DNA of 48,244 nucleotides from the IMG/VR virus record IMGVR_UViG_3300036802_000026, positions 1-48,244 of that record; one strand, written 5' to 3'. The stretch comes from a virus. Lineage: Duplodnaviria > Caudoviricetes. This document shows, piece by piece, positions 7,951-18,463 of the stretch (its first letter is position 1; each line of letters begins with the position of its first letter). Below the pieces are notes generated by a model that ran no database searches, had not been told where the DNA came from, and saw nothing but the letters and a program-made list of their open reading frames with translations. A program made the position numbers and the translations under genes.

Positions 7951-9333
7951 ATGAAGCGCACAAGCGTGAATGTTCTCTCGGTGGTTAATTCCTCCAACAT
8001 CTCAACTGAGACAATCGACGGTGAAGAGCATTTCATCGTCAAAGGCGTTGTCCCTATCGTAGATGATGTGGTGATGAATGGTGGCCTTTACCCAGCGTCA
8101 GAGATTAACGCGACGTATAAGGAAATGGACAATTGCTTCATGCCACTTCGCCACCCTCAGATCAACGGTAAGTACGTTCCGGCCAGTTCACCTGAAGCTA
8201 TCAATAAGTTCCACGTTGGCGCATATACCTTCAACACCCGAAAACCTGAAGATAAGGTGATGGTTGATATGAAGGTTAATCGTCGAGTTGCCAGTGCTCA
8301 CCCTGAAGGTCAGCGACTTGTTGATCGTCTGGATGCGATGATGAATGGCAGCGCTGTTGAGCCAATTCACGTATCTACCGGTCTGCTGCTCAGCAAGCAA
8401 ATGAACTCAGGAGAGTCAAAGGGTAAAAAGTATTCGTGGATCGCCAATAACATGTCTTGGGACCACGTTGCTATCCTGCTGGATGAGCCAGGAGCCGCTA
8501 CACCAGACCAAGGCGTTGGCATCTTCGTAAATGCTGATGGCGAAGACCTTGAGCACGAAGACGCCAACTTGATTGATGCTGCCAACTATCTTCGCGTCAA
8601 CACCTGGGAAAAGGTTAAGTGGTTCTTCAAGGGTAATTCCGATCTGTCTTTCGATGACATCCACCGCATGCTGCGCGATGCCATTAACTCAGATTCAGAA
8701 CCTTACCCATGGGTTCAGTCAGTCTGGGCAGATCGCTTTATCTACCAGAAAGGCAAAAGCCTTTATCAGCAGTCTTACCTAATCACCGATTCCAGTGTTA
8801 CACTGGTTGGCGATCCGGTTGAAGTGCAACAGAAACCGGTTGAATACGTACCCGTTACCAACACCGAGGGAAACCCGATGAAAGATAAGATGGTCGCCGC
8901 GCTCAACGCCGCCGGCACTAAAACCGATGGACTGACCGACGATCAGATTTTGTCGGCCTATAACGAGAAGGTTGTTTCCGACGCCGAAAAGGAAAAGGAA
9001 GCTAAGGCTAAAGCAGAGGCTGATAAAAAAGCCAAAGACGAAGCTGATAAAAAGCCTGCTGCTAATCAGGAAGAAGCGCCAGCATGGGCCAAAGACCTGA
9101 TGCTGAAGGTTAACAGCCTTGAGCAAAGCATCACCGCAAACAGCCAGAAAGACCTGGGTGCAAAGCGCGAAGCAGTGAAAGCCAAGTTTGGCCTTTCTGA
9201 TGTGGCTGTCAACGCACTAGCCGGTGATGTGCTGGAAGAGATGTATGGCAAGACCCATCACGCTGCCGCACTTGCAGGTGGTCACTTTCAACAGAACCGC
9301 AGTGATGAAACCATCTGCGATCAGCCGGAGTAA
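7951..9333 (+). CDS. Prohead protease/scaffold protein (DUF2213-like)
   Basis: HVSTG and DHVAILLDEPGA motifs; charged, coiled C-terminal part; upstream of the capsid genes; GAGGT RBS before 7951. Confidence 0.82.
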   Translation: MKRTSVNVLSVVNSSNISTETIDGEEHFIVKGVVPIVDDVVMNGGLYPASEINATYKEMDNCFMPLRHPQINGKYVPASSPEAINKFHVGAYTFNTRKPEDKVMVDMKVNRRVASAHPEGQRLVDRLDAMMNGSAVEPIHVSTGLLLSKQMNSGESKGKKYSWIANNMSWDHVAILLDEPGAATPDQGVGIFVNADGEDLEHEDANLIDAANYLRVNTWEKVKWFFKGNSDLSFDDIHRMLRDAINSDSEPYPWVQSVWADRFIYQKGKSLYQQSYLITDSSVTLVGDPVEVQQKPVEYVPVTNTEGNPMKDKMVAALNAAGTKTDGLTDDQILSAYNEKVVSDAEKEKEAKAKAEADKKAKDEADKKPAANQEEAPAWAKDLMLKVNSLEQSITANSQKDLGAKREAVKAKFGLSDVAVNALAGDVLEEMYGKTHHAAALAGGHFQQNRSDETICDQPE

Positions 9334-9339
9334 ATAATC

Positions 9340-9789
9340 ATGGCTAAAGACGGAAAGCATGTAATTCACGCAGGCGGCGTATTTCCTAATCCGCTGCTGA
9401 ATGCAGAAGGTAACGCGGTTGCTGCCACTCTGCCCGGTCGCGTAGTTGTTCACGCAGCTACTGGTCTGGCGATCTCTGCTGGCACCGAAGCAGGCATCAA
9501 GTATGTTGCCAACCATAACTATCTGACTCCATCAGGTAGCGGCACACTGGTTGACACTACGATCCCTGCTGGCGAAAACATGGTTGCTATCCAGCCTCTG
9601 CCGGGCATGTTCCTGAACGTGCGTGCAGTAGCTGGCCTGACAATCACCAAAGGTGCTCCGGTCTACGTTGGTGCAGCAGGTCGCATCACCGCAACTGGCG
9701 CTGAAGGTGCCGTTCCTTTTGCTTACGCAGAAGAATCCATCACCACAGCAACTGTCGCAGACGATCTCGTTCGCGTAGTGTTCAACTAA
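9340..9789 (+). CDS. Capsid decoration/cement protein
   Basis: Ala/Gly/Thr-rich 149 aa between scaffold and major capsid genes. Confidence 0.7.
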   Translation: MAKDGKHVIHAGGVFPNPLLNAEGNAVAATLPGRVVVHAATGLAISAGTEAGIKYVANHNYLTPSGSGTLVDTTIPAGENMVAIQPLPGMFLNVRAVAGLTITKGAPVYVGAAGRITATGAEGAVPFAYAEESITTATVADDLVRVVFN

Positions 9790-9801
9790 GGGAGAGCAGC
9801 A

Positions 9802-10899
9802 ATGTTCCATTACTCCAAGAAGAAAGCTGCTGAGACTGGCAACCTGGAGGTTAACTCCTGGCAGTTTGAGCAAGTGAAGCGAGCTCGTAACGCAGCGCGT
9901 GATTCAGAAACCGGCATGAACGTCATGGATATCATGGCGAAACACATGAACCGAGTTAATGAGCTCAATGGCATTAACGTAGTTCGTGGGCCTGCTGATC
10001 TGTACAAAGCGTTTGACCAGCAGATTACGCGCCAGTTCGAACAGGTAGGTGAATTTGCTCTGCTGGATCGCCTGATGCCTCTATCACGCTCAGTCCGTAT
10101 CAATCAGACAGTGTATGAATATGTCCGCTCTGGCGGTCATGGCTGGGCTCATACGTCTATGTCTGGTCAGATCGGTGCTGCGCTGGATACACCGACCTTC
10201 GATTACGATGGCACGATGGTTCCAGTCCATGACACTGGCTTCAAATTCGAATGGCGTGACCCTCGGTTGAACAACCCGGATGCTCTGGATATTCTGACTG
10301 ATGCGCAGGCTGGCTCAGTAGATACCATTAAGCGCCAAGCTGTGTCGTACATCTGGGACGGCTTCCGAGATGGCAAAGGAAACTTTGTTCAGGTGGACGG
10401 CAAGACCTGGAAAGGGCTGCGTGGTGATGAGCGCGTAGCTAAAGTCGATCTGAGTGCGGGCGGTTTCAATATCGACTTCACCAGCGGCACCGTGAGTGCA
10501 GAGACTCTGCGTAATGGCTTCATCGCCTTGCGTGATGTTCTGCGTATCACCAACCGCTCAGCTTATCCACTGGATGTTTTCGTATCTACTGCGATTATGT
10601 CCAACCTGGAGCGCTATTACTCTGACCAGTACGCGTCTCGCACCATCCTGCAGGAGTTGACCAGCCTTACCGGTATCGCTTCTATCCAGGAAGATTCGCA
10701 GCTGCAGGGCAACCAGATCCTGATGATTCCACTGGCTTCCGGCCGTGTGGCGCCAATCGTCGGTTCTGCATTCGCTACCGTCGCTGATCCGCGTCCTTTC
10801 TACAACAGCGATTACGTGTGGCGCACCTGGGGTGCCATGGGCCTGATGGTTAAGACTGACATCAACGACCGTTACAGCGTCATGTACGCGTCAAGCTAA
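9802..10899 (+). CDS. Major capsid protein
   Basis: 365 aa, expected position, strong RBS, codon usage of a highly expressed gene. Confidence 0.88.
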   Translation: MFHYSKKKAAETGNLEVNSWQFEQVKRARNAARDSETGMNVMDIMAKHMNRVNELNGINVVRGPADLYKAFDQQITRQFEQVGEFALLDRLMPLSRSVRINQTVYEYVRSGGHGWAHTSMSGQIGAALDTPTFDYDGTMVPVHDTGFKFEWRDPRLNNPDALDILTDAQAGSVDTIKRQAVSYIWDGFRDGKGNFVQVDGKTWKGLRGDERVAKVDLSAGGFNIDFTSGTVSAETLRNGFIALRDVLRITNRSAYPLDVFVSTAIMSNLERYYSDQYASRTILQELTSLTGIASIQEDSQLQGNQILMIPLASGRVAPIVGSAFATVADPRPFYNSDYVWRTWGAMGLMVKTDINDRYSVMYASS

Positions 10900-10909
10900 G
10901 GAAAAAGAA

Positions 10910-11266
10910 ATGTCTAAGAACGTGGAAGTTGTGACTAAAAACATCTTCCACGGTCCTAGCCTGCAGCAGCTACAGGTTGGTTCCGTGGTGGAAGTGAGCG
11001 ATGAAGTTGCCGACAAGTGGATTAAAGACGGCAACGCCAAGCTCAGCAAAGAGAAAAAAGCTGATCAGACTTTCGAAGTGGCCAGCCCGGCGCAAAGCGG
11101 AAAAAAGTCTGATACATCCGGCCTGGAAAAGCAGGTTGCTGATCTGACATCTCAGATTGAGAAATCAGAACAGGAAAAGAAAGACTTGCAGACCAAGTTG
11201 GATGAGCAGACTGCTCGCGCTGATGCTGCTGAAAAGTCGCTCGCTGAACTGAACAACAAGAAGTAA
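10910..11266 (+). CDS. Head-associated protein with C-terminal coiled coil
   Basis: Follows the capsid gene; heptad-rich C-terminus. Confidence 0.6.
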   Translation: MSKNVEVVTKNIFHGPSLQQLQVGSVVEVSDEVADKWIKDGNAKLSKEKKADQTFEVASPAQSGKKSDTSGLEKQVADLTSQIEKSEQEKKDLQTKLDEQTARADAAEKSLAELNNKK

Positions 11267-11274
11267 GGAAAAAC

Positions 11275-11661
11275 ATGGCCGTCACCATCACTGCAGAAGA
11301 AATCAAAGCGTTCCTGGAACAGATGGGATTATCCATCCCTGACTTCCTGCTTAATGCGTTAATTGCGCAGGCGAACGCTATTGATGAATGTATGGATGGT
11401 GCCGGCTATGACGAGTCCACGCAGCTGCTTATTAAAACCTACGCTATTGCGCTTATGGCTAACTCAGCCGGAGCTCGTCGCGTTAAGTCTCAGTCAGCGC
11501 CGAGCGGTGCCAGTCAGTCATATGAATACGGCATCACTTCGCTGACCGATATCAGTAATCTGCTGCGTGCGCTTGATCCCAATGGATGTACTTCAGGCCT
11601 GCCAATTGAAGTCACGCCAGCTGTTGGATTCTTCGATGTTGTTGGAGGTATAGATTGCTAA
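11275..11661 (+). CDS. Head-tail adaptor
   Basis: Position; SQSAPSGASQSY and LRALDPNGC motifs. Confidence 0.7.
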   Translation: MAVTITAEEIKAFLEQMGLSIPDFLLNALIAQANAIDECMDGAGYDESTQLLIKTYAIALMANSAGARRVKSQSAPSGASQSYEYGITSLTDISNLLRALDPNGCTSGLPIEVTPAVGFFDVVGGIDC

Positions 11662-11903
11662 AATATACAGCCAAAGAAATCACTGACTCACTCAACGACA
11701 CTTACATCAGAACACCAGAGCTGATCATCGCTATGTTTGATTGCATTGGCATTCGCGACTTTGTCAATCTGGCTAAGATTCACTGCTTGCCTGGCACAGG
11801 GATTGTCACACCAGTTTATGGTGAGCATGGTTCTGTAATGAACTTCACCGTGACAGGCTGCGATGATTGTGAGCCTTATCAGCATGAGGGGTATCACCTA
11901 TAA
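11655..11903 (+). CDS. Hypothetical protein inserted in the neck module
   Basis: TTG start after GGAGG; exactly fills the gap between neck genes. Confidence 0.55.
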   Translation: MLKYTAKEITDSLNDTYIRTPELIIAMFDCIGIRDFVNLAKIHCLPGTGIVTPVYGEHGSVMNFTVTGCDDCEPYQHEGYHL

Positions 11904-12247
11904 TGAGCTTCGCGCGCTTCTCATACACTGCTGTTGCCACTATCTGGAAAGCGCTTCCCCGCAATGAAGATGGAGACGTGACCGGATATGCAGAGCCTTT
12001 TCAGATCCTGTGTGATTATGGGGGTGATCGCCTTCCTCGTCGTGATGCTGTTGGCCTGAACTTTGTAGTTAAGAACACTATCTGGTGCGAAGACCCCAGA
12101 GGCGAGACTGGCGACTATATCCTGATAGGCGCGTCAACTAACCCCAACCCACATGAAGCTGGTGCTGACGAGATCATGCATATCATTCGCTATGCAGATA
12201 CGTTTTATCGCCAGTTTGATGACTGGGTGTATATCACGGCGGCATAA
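11903..12247 (+). CDS. Head closure / head-tail joining protein
   Basis: Position and size in the neck module. Confidence 0.65.
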   Translation: MSFARFSYTAVATIWKALPRNEDGDVTGYAEPFQILCDYGGDRLPRRDAVGLNFVVKNTIWCEDPRGETGDYILIGASTNPNPHEAGADEIMHIIRYADTFYRQFDDWVYITAA

Positions 12248-12615
12248 TGGGTGGAAAACTGGTTGGCATGCGAAAGCTGCAGTCTAATTTTGATAAGCTG
12301 GTTAATGACATCACTGGCAAGAGATCGGTGCGAGCTGTTACTGCGGCAATTACAGTTGGTGCAGCACAGGCATCAATCTATACGCCAATCGACACAAGCA
12401 CGCTGCTGAATAGTCAGTTCCGTGAGGTTTTATCATCCGGAACAAGGGTCACTGGCCGTGTTGGGTACTCTGCAAACTACGCCGTCTATGTCAATGACCC
12501 TAACCGGCCGCAGAACTTCCGCCGATCCAGTGCTCGCAAAGAATTCCTTCGCCTGGGCTTTGAAGATGCTCGCCAGGAGATTGATGCAGTAGTAAGACAG
12601 GAGATGTTCAGATGA
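12247..12615 (+). CDS. Neck / tail completion protein (HK97 gp10-like)
   Basis: TPIDTSTLLNS and VGYSANYAVYV motifs. Confidence 0.75.
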   Translation: MGGKLVGMRKLQSNFDKLVNDITGKRSVRAVTAAITVGAAQASIYTPIDTSTLLNSQFREVLSSGTRVTGRVGYSANYAVYVNDPNRPQNFRRSSARKEFLRLGFEDARQEIDAVVRQEMFR

Positions 12616-12995
12616 TCAACGTGGTTGATACTGTTCTGCAGTGGTTAAAAGATGCCGGTCTTACTACAGGCTTCACCACCCAGAAGCATCAATGGATTGA
12701 GGATTCAAAAGACAAAGGAACGATGAAGTACCTGATCGTTCGCAACAACGGCGGCAGTGATATTGTTTTCGATAACGGCGGCGATTACTTTATCCTGGTA
12801 GACATTGTTGGTGGCAAGGATGGCAGGGCAGAACTGATGCAGCGCGTGAATGACATTATCAGCTATGTCGTGGATAATAGTACCGAGCCATGCCCATTGG
12901 CAGTATTCAATATGGGTGGCTTTCCTGCTCCAATTTTCACTGACGATAATCGCATGGTTATCAGGTTGCAACTTAGGGCCGTATACGGCCAGTAA
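12612..12995 (+). CDS. Tail terminator protein
   Basis: Immediately upstream of the major tail protein. Confidence 0.7.
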   Translation: MINVVDTVLQWLKDAGLTTGFTTQKHQWIEDSKDKGTMKYLIVRNNGGSDIVFDNGGDYFILVDIVGGKDGRAELMQRVNDIISYVVDNSTEPCPLAVFNMGGFPAPIFTDDNRMVIRLQLRAVYGQ

Positions 12996-13012
12996 AAATA
13001 GAGGATTTTAAA

Positions 13013-13762
13013 ATGGCTGTATGCCCGAATGACACCACAAAGATGGTCGGCCGGTCAGTGATCATTGAGGTTGCTGCTGGTTGTGCTGATACCGTTCCAC
13101 TTGAGAGTGAGTGGCAGCTTTTTGGCGCAATGACTACAAAAAGCTTTGATCTGTCTCCTGATACGGTAACTTCTGATGCAGATGACTCAGGCGCTTTCAA
13201 CGAAGGGCTTGTAACGTCATCATCCTTCACGATCTCTGGCGATGGAGAGTTCCGCAAGCGTGACAAACCAGGTGAGTATGGCGTATATAATGCCGTTCGC
13301 TATTTCGTTGGTGAGCTTCAGGCCAGACGCCAGCCATCGCTGTGGGTCCGCCTTGATTGGGGCGACATGATCATCCGCGGTTATATGAATATCACCGCCC
13401 TGTCAGGTGAAGCGCCAACTAAAGAACTGGTAACTTACTCTGTTGAGTTCCAGCCTGCAGACGGGAATAGCGTGGAGTTCCTTGACGGTGACAACCCAGC
13501 GTTAACTGCGATCGCCGTGACCCCGACAACCTCTACCGGCGTCGAAGGTTCTACTGGTACGTTCACTGTCAACTTCACGCCGACTGACGCTGAAAACCAG
13601 TCTTACACTGTAGTTTCAAGCGATCCGACCGTGGCGACAGTTACCAAGTCAGGCAACACCGTCACCATCAACCGCCTGGATGCTGGCACGTCCACTATCA
13701 CGGTCACCAGTGATGACGGTAACTTCACCGCTACCCATACAGCGACAGTCACCGCAGCGTAA
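13013..13762 (+). CDS. Major tail tube protein with C-terminal Ig-like (Big_2) domain
   Basis: Tube domain followed by PTDAENQSYTVVSSDPTVATV...AGTSTITVTSDDGNFTA Ig-like signature. Confidence 0.88.
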   Translation: MAVCPNDTTKMVGRSVIIEVAAGCADTVPLESEWQLFGAMTTKSFDLSPDTVTSDADDSGAFNEGLVTSSSFTISGDGEFRKRDKPGEYGVYNAVRYFVGELQARRQPSLWVRLDWGDMIIRGYMNITALSGEAPTKELVTYSVEFQPADGNSVEFLDGDNPALTAIAVTPTTSTGVEGSTGTFTVNFTPTDAENQSYTVVSSDPTVATVTKSGNTVTINRLDAGTSTITVTSDDGNFTATHTATVTAA

Positions 13763-13809
13763 TCTATTGGGCGGCTCCGGCCGCCTCATCTCCTGTACAA
13801 AATCACACC

Positions 13810-13837
13810 TTTACTATCCCCGCGCTTTTGATATTAT
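13810..13837 (+). promoter_or_regulatory. Putative sigma70 promoter of the lipoprotein moron
   Basis: TTTACT-N16-TATTAT with extended -10 TG; preceded by GC hairpin GGCGGC-TCCG-GCCGCC. Confidence 0.55.
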
Positions 13838-13864
13838 TCGCCCACCAATCCTTGGGGGGATAAA

Positions 13865-14305
13865 ATGAAAACTCTTATCATCATCACTACACTTCTTCTT
13901 GTCGGCTGCGTCGATAAAACTGACCAGCAGCTGATCAGAGAATCTAATCAGGCCGTCAATCAGCGTATTAGCGCCATGAACTTCAAAACCTGCGCTGACA
14001 TCGTTGCCAACAAACAACTATTCACCACTCAGTCTCTGAATGAGATGTGTGGTTATGTCATCAATAAAGACAAGCCTGTCTATTTCAATTCATCATCTGT
14101 GATCACCAAAGATGGCGAATCGTACGTGTGCTCAACTGGTAACGGCGTCAGTTACACAGGCGAAGTTGTCACTTTCCGCGCAGCGTACAAAGATGGCGAC
14201 AAGACACCAACTGTGGTGGTTGATATGCCTGATTCTATGGTGCCAAAATCTGTTATGATAGTGAGAGAAGTCCAGACGGACATTATCAACACTCATTGTA
14301 ACTAA
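13865..14305 (+). CDS. Lipoprotein moron (possible superinfection exclusion)
   Basis: Lipobox LLLVG-C after a hydrophobic signal; inserted between the tail tube and chaperone genes. Confidence 0.75.
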   Translation: MKTLIIITTLLLVGCVDKTDQQLIRESNQAVNQRISAMNFKTCADIVANKQLFTTQSLNEMCGYVINKDKPVYFNSSSVITKDGESYVCSTGNGVSYTGEVVTFRAAYKDGDKTPTVVVDMPDSMVPKSVMIVREVQTDIINTHCN

Positions 14306-14332
14306 GCCGCTCTGGCGGCCAAAAGGTACGCC

Positions 14333-15025
14333 ATGACGCCAATTACCTCAATCGGCGAGTTCGTCTTATCAGTCGGCTCGTCGGACTACTTTCTGAAGCC
14401 ATCATTCGAACACATATCCCTTATCGGAACGCCAGCCGAAATAGTCCAGTGCTACGGCACACTAAATGGGCTGGGCGTCGATTACGATTCCATTCAGTCA
14501 ATCACTGACTTCGCTTCATCTCAGAATCGATTCCCGCCTAACAGTGTTTTTGCTCAGGCAATGGCTTCAGGCACATACACAAAGGAAATGACTCGCGCTG
14601 CTGCACTGGTGATCATGTGCTGCTGCTATGATGATTGCTCCGATCTGGTGGGAGAGTATGTCGATGTTGGCGGCCGGGTTGAGTTCAGGCGCGGTATCAT
14701 GCCCGAACTGGAGATGATCCACACAGCTCGCAATCTCATGGAGCATGGGATAATCGGCAAGGTGAAGTTGCGCAAGCTCCAAAAGAACGAAGGTAAGAAT
14801 GAGTTCACCAAAGAATTCCATTGCGCAGAATATATCTCGGCTGCCAGGGTCCACTTCAGCATGTCACGGCACGAAGCTGGCGACCTGACCATGACAGAAT
14901 TCATGGAGTTGATGAAAATTAAGTTCCCGGATTCCGCCAAAGGGTTTACCCGTGAAGAATATGATAATCTCATGGATGATTACGATAAGCGCAGAGCAGC
15001 GAGGTTAAACAAGAATGGCCGGTGA
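14333..15025 (+). CDS. Tail assembly chaperone (DUF6246-like)
   Basis: Directly before the tape measure gene; HGIIGK and LTMTEF motifs. Confidence 0.75.
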   Translation: MTPITSIGEFVLSVGSSDYFLKPSFEHISLIGTPAEIVQCYGTLNGLGVDYDSIQSITDFASSQNRFPPNSVFAQAMASGTYTKEMTRAAALVIMCCCYDDCSDLVGEYVDVGGRVEFRRGIMPELEMIHTARNLMEHGIIGKVKLRKLQKNEGKNEFTKEFHCAEYISAARVHFSMSRHEAGDLTMTEFMELMKIKFPDSAKGFTREEYDNLMDDYDKRRAARLNKNGR

Positions 15026-17954
15026 AGACGTAGGCAGCATTGTCTATCAAGTAGACATGGATACATCTGAGGCCATTTCTGGTGCTCAGAAAGTTACGGC
15101 TTCATTCGATGAGGTTCAGAAGAGCGCTGATAAGACCAGTAAAACGCTTTCATCTCTGGATAGCGCTTCTGCTTCTGCCGGTTCGGCTTTGGGATCAATG
15201 TCTAAAGACACAAAAGATATTAACTCATCATTCCGAACTCTGAGTGGAACAGCCGCGGCAGTAGTTAAATCACTAAATGATAATAGGGCTGCCGTATCAT
15301 CTTCCAGCGCTGAAATGCAAACAGCCAGTCGTGTTATTGAATCGCTAGGCAACCAGTTAGCAATACTTGAAGAAGCTCAGCAGGGATCTGCTCGATCGGC
15401 TGCTATTCTTGCGGCTCAGCTGCGCGCTGGAGATAGTGCTACAGATGAGCAAAAGAGAAGTATTGGTGATCTTACTGGTCGTCTCTATGACATGCGAAAC
15501 GGCACAGATGCAGTGCAGAAAGGTAGTAAGAATCTAGGTTCTACATTCGGTCAGTTAGGCTACCAGGTGCAGGACATTGCCGTTCAGTTGCAGGGCGGCC
15601 AGAATGCGCTTCTGGTGTTTGGACAGCAGGGATCACAGATAGCAAGTATCTTCGGCCCTGGTGGTGCGATAGTTGGTGCAGTTTTGGCAGTAACCGCTGC
15701 AGTTGCTGCTGCTCTTGTCCCTAGCCTTATGAAAGGCGGCGATGAGATGACCAAGCTAAAGACTGCTGCAGAAGCGCTTGATAAGGTCGTCACAATTTCA
15801 AGAAGTGGCGTGGCGGCTCTTTCAAATGACTATTCTCTGCTTGCAAAGACCAATGCCGTAGTAGCGGCTCAGCTTCGTGATAATGCCATTGCTGAGTATC
15901 AGAAGAAGGTAGAGGACGCAGGAAAAGCAGTTCGTGATGTTGTAAAAGATCAATCTTCATGGTTTGGGAGTCTTAGCGGTGGAGCGGCGAGCGTTCTAGC
16001 TCTCGGCGAGGTGATAGACACCTTAAATATCAAAGCAGATAACTTCCGTGATGCCTTCCAAGAGGCCTCTAAAGTGGGTCTTGGCGCCAGTAATATGGCA
16101 TCAACGCTAAATGCTACGGTGGCTATGCTTTCATCTAACCTTGATATTTCTGATGATGCAGCCTTCTCTCTTGCCAAGCAGCTAAATGAGTTAGCTAAAA
16201 ATCCCACAGAAAAAAACATCAACGGGATCATAAGTTCACTTAAAGGTCTTGAAAGTGGATCCAAGGATGGTAAAGAGGCGATTCAGGAGCTTCTTTCTAG
16301 TGTCTCAAAGGCTGGCGCAGAAGTTCTCACGGCTGCAGCTAAAGTGGATGTTCTGAAGAAGAGTCTGAATGATCTGCAGACTGCCGCCCAGCAGCAAAAC
16401 TTTGAAAACTTATCTAAAAGTCTTACAGAGCAAAAAATAAAGCTAACACAGGGTGCTTTTGCAGCCAAGAAGTACGCTGTAGAGCAGATGGACCTGACTG
16501 ATAAGCAGAAGCAAAGCTTGATTGCCTTGGAGAAGGAGGTTGTTGGGCTTGAAGAGAAAAAGAAAAAGCAGAAAGAAGATGCGCGCCTTTCTAAGCAGCA
16601 GGCTAATGCTCAGGAAACAGTAGCTCAGAAATTAGAAACTCTTCGACAGAAATCAGAGTTAAGCGCGGCATCAACTGCCGAACTATCAAGAGAGCAGGCT
16701 ATACTGACTGCTCAGCGCAGTCTTGGTAAGAACGCATCTGATGCTCAGATAAAAGCAGCTGGTGATTACGCAGCCAAAGCATATGACGCAGCTGCTGCGG
16801 TAAAAGCACAGGCTGCAGCAGAAAAGCTTTTGCCAGAAGGAAAAGAAAACTCAAGATATAAAGAAGACTTGAGAGATCTAAATACTGCGCTTTCTGCCAA
16901 AAAAATAACCCAGGATCAGTACAACATAACGGCTGAACGCCTTGAAGAGCAGCACCAGAATAACCTTGCAAAAATAAGGTCTGAAGCTGTCGTATCACCT
17001 AAGCAGGAGGCGGCAGGGCTGGTTGACCCAGTTCAAGCTCTTGCAAATGAAAACGCAAAAAAATTAGCTCTCATTCAGCAGTTTGAGACAGACAAGACTC
17101 TTACAGAGCAAAAGGCTAACGAGTTAAGGCTGGCAGCAAATATGGAGTATGAGCAGCAGAAAACTGCTCTTGCATTTGCTCAGTGGCAGATGCAAAGCAA
17201 GGCAGCTCAGGTTTTCGGTGAAACACTTGATGCTTCATTGAATACAGTTTCAAGCTCTATCACCGGTGTACTGAATGGAACCCAAAGCATCAATGATGGG
17301 ATAGCTAACATCGCCAACACAGTTTTAAGTAGCTTAGTAAGTTCATTTGTTCAAATGGGCGCTGAATGGGTTAAAAGTGCAATAGTAGGCAGTACAGCTC
17401 AGACAACAGCGATCGCCACAACAACTGCCGCATCTGTCGCTGGTACAGCAACAACCACTGCTGCTTCAACTTCAGCCGCAGCCGTCACTACAGCAGCATG
17501 GACGCCGGCCGCTATCGTTGCTTCAATCGGTTCATTCGGTGGTGCGGCAGCTATCGGCTTGGGTGCAGTTGTAGCAGCGCTGGCTCTGTCAGGAAGTCTT
17601 GCTGGTAAGCGCAAGAACGGCGGACCGGTAAGCGCTGGCAGTACTTATCAGGTTGGCGAGGGAGGCATGCCTGAGATTTACCGCGCATCCAGCGGTAAGC
17701 AGTACATGATCCCCGGCGACAACGGATCCGTAATCAGCAACAAAGACATGATGTCATCTAACCAGAGCTCAGGGATTGTGGTTTACAACAACATAACTAA
17801 CAATAGCTCTAATGCTCAGGTTAGCTCTTCTGCCTCTGTAAATGCTGATGGCTCTCTTACCCTGGCGACATTCATCTCTGACATGGATGAGGGTGGCCCG
17901 GCATCGAAGGCAATATCTCGAAACTTTAACTCACAACGCAAGGCGACTGAATAA
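15015..17954 (+). CDS. Tail tape measure protein
   Basis: 979 aa, Ala-rich and helical; QLGYQVQDIAVQLQGGQ motif; C-terminal GGPV...YQVGEGGMPE. Confidence 0.95.
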   Translation: MAGEDVGSIVYQVDMDTSEAISGAQKVTASFDEVQKSADKTSKTLSSLDSASASAGSALGSMSKDTKDINSSFRTLSGTAAAVVKSLNDNRAAVSSSSAEMQTASRVIESLGNQLAILEEAQQGSARSAAILAAQLRAGDSATDEQKRSIGDLTGRLYDMRNGTDAVQKGSKNLGSTFGQLGYQVQDIAVQLQGGQNALLVFGQQGSQIASIFGPGGAIVGAVLAVTAAVAAALVPSLMKGGDEMTKLKTAAEALDKVVTISRSGVAALSNDYSLLAKTNAVVAAQLRDNAIAEYQKKVEDAGKAVRDVVKDQSSWFGSLSGGAASVLALGEVIDTLNIKADNFRDAFQEASKVGLGASNMASTLNATVAMLSSNLDISDDAAFSLAKQLNELAKNPTEKNINGIISSLKGLESGSKDGKEAIQELLSSVSKAGAEVLTAAAKVDVLKKSLNDLQTAAQQQNFENLSKSLTEQKIKLTQGAFAAKKYAVEQMDLTDKQKQSLIALEKEVVGLEEKKKKQKEDARLSKQQANAQETVAQKLETLRQKSELSAASTAELSREQAILTAQRSLGKNASDAQIKAAGDYAAKAYDAAAAVKAQAAAEKLLPEGKENSRYKEDLRDLNTALSAKKITQDQYNITAERLEEQHQNNLAKIRSEAVVSPKQEAAGLVDPVQALANENAKKLALIQQFETDKTLTEQKANELRLAANMEYEQQKTALAFAQWQMQSKAAQVFGETLDASLNTVSSSITGVLNGTQSINDGIANIANTVLSSLVSSFVQMGAEWVKSAIVGSTAQTTAIATTTAASVAGTATTTAASTSAAAVTTAAWTPAAIVASIGSFGGAAAIGLGAVVAALALSGSLAGKRKNGGPVSAGSTYQVGEGGMPEIYRASSGKQYMIPGDNGSVISNKDMMSSNQSSGIVVYNNITNNSSNAQVSSSASVNADGSLTLATFISDMDEGGPASKAISRNFNSQRKATE

Positions 17955-18463
17955 TGGCAATCGAATACCCATCCTGGCTGCCACTGGCGCAAAAGCCTAG
18001 CAAGGCAATGACATTTGATGATGGATTCCGAACTGATCAGCCGGCGGTTGGTGCGCCTATCTTTCAGAAGCTCACTGATGATCTGAAAACAACATGGAAT
18101 TTAACCTGGCTGCTTACGCTGAAGCAGGAGCGCGCATTTCAGTTGTGGCTGCGCAGCCCGGACTATCTGGATAACTGCACTCAGTGGTTCACCATGCCCA
18201 TCAATCTGGGCGGCTCTGGACTCCAGCCGCAGGAGCTGCACTTCACCACGTATCCTGTTCAGACGTCCATTAATGGTAATGTGGTTACATGGACAGGAAC
18301 GGTGATCGCCCGAGAGCTTTATAACGAAGATGATGATTTCGATGACATCATTATTGAGCTTTCTCCTGACTGGTATTCATGGCTTGATGAGGTCGTTAAT
18401 CATGATATGCCAATCTATCCTTACGCTGTTCCACTTGATCAGACGGTGACGGATAATGGTTAG
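17954..18463 (+). CDS. Distal tail / minor tail protein
   Basis: First gene after the tape measure gene. Confidence 0.7.
   Translation: MAIEYPSWLPLAQKPSKAMTFDDGFRTDQPAVGAPIFQKLTDDLKTTWNLTWLLTLKQERAFQLWLRSPDYLDNCTQWFTMPINLGGSGLQPQELHFTTYPVQTSINGNVVTWTGTVIARELYNEDDDFDDIIIELSPDWYSWLDEVVNHDMPIYPYAVPLDQTVTDNG

Noticed and set aside
14333-15025. Programmed -1 frameshift of the lambda G/GT type
   Set aside because: A single ORF spans the whole interval up to the tape measure gene; there is no second overlapping ORF to shift into
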